Assembly (NCBI GenBank): GCA_044892525.1 | Contig: CM097887.1 | Coordinates: 39,246,001-39,310,000 of the forward strand | DNA: 64,000 bases | Origin: Schmidtea polychroa | Taxonomy: Eukaryota | Reading direction: 5' to 3' | Shown here: piece by piece, positions 63,840 to 64,000 of the stretch | How the letters are laid out: each line of letters opens with the position of its first letter | How positions within the stretch are numbered: position 1 is the stretch's first letter | The notes under the pieces: model-generated | Seen by the model: the letters and a program-made list of their open reading frames with translations, nothing else | The model's database searches: none | Told to the model about the DNA's origin: nothing | Position numbers and translations under genes: made by a program

Positions 63840-64000
63840 GAGTTTGAAAACTATAAATCAGTAATATATCGATGTTTGTTGATACTCACGAATTTTCGGC
63901 ATTGCCTTTTTCAAGTGAAATTCACTTGAAAAAGGCAGTGCCGAAAATTCGTGAGTATTAACAAACATCGATATATTACTGATTTATAGTCTTCAAACTC
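63840..64000. mobile_element. Near-perfect palindrome (80-bp arms, 3 mismatches, 1-nt loop), cut by the window end
   Basis: Centre at A63920; same family as 10818-10952. Confidence 0.9.

Overview
AT-rich, repeat-dense animal genomic DNA. Many introns of 43-60 bp and the TRPM type suggest a flatworm such as a planarian (inference). I reconstructed two minus-strand host genes by hand with GT-AG junctions and consistent phases. (1) An apparently complete 15-exon SNF2-family helicase, RAD54L2/ARIP4 (29430->7375, ~1517 aa); its last exon is the 362-aa ORF that looks like an orphan in the track. (2) The 3' half of a TRPM2-like channel with a C-terminal NUDT9-homology domain (61466->47701); its 5' and extreme 3' exons were not located. 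The rest is transposon-derived: a young but disabled Ty3/Gypsy LTR element with TAT...ATA termini (1606-5939, TSD ATAAT), a Hermes/hobo-like hAT with a perfect 8-bp TSD, a Buster/Charlie-like hAT, several hAT MITEs, Helitron pieces, mariner/Tc1/MULE/LINE/Gypsy remnants, several long palindromes, an HSP90 fragment among transposon ends, and a 205-N gap. No CRISPR array, rRNA or tRNA was seen. I found no clearly new multi-gene system. The best leads are the non-canonical LTR element, a duplicated ARIP4 exon start that could act as an in-frame micro-exon, a possible transposon-captured HSP90 fragment, and the resemblance of the channel to the flatworm praziquantel-target TRPM clade.
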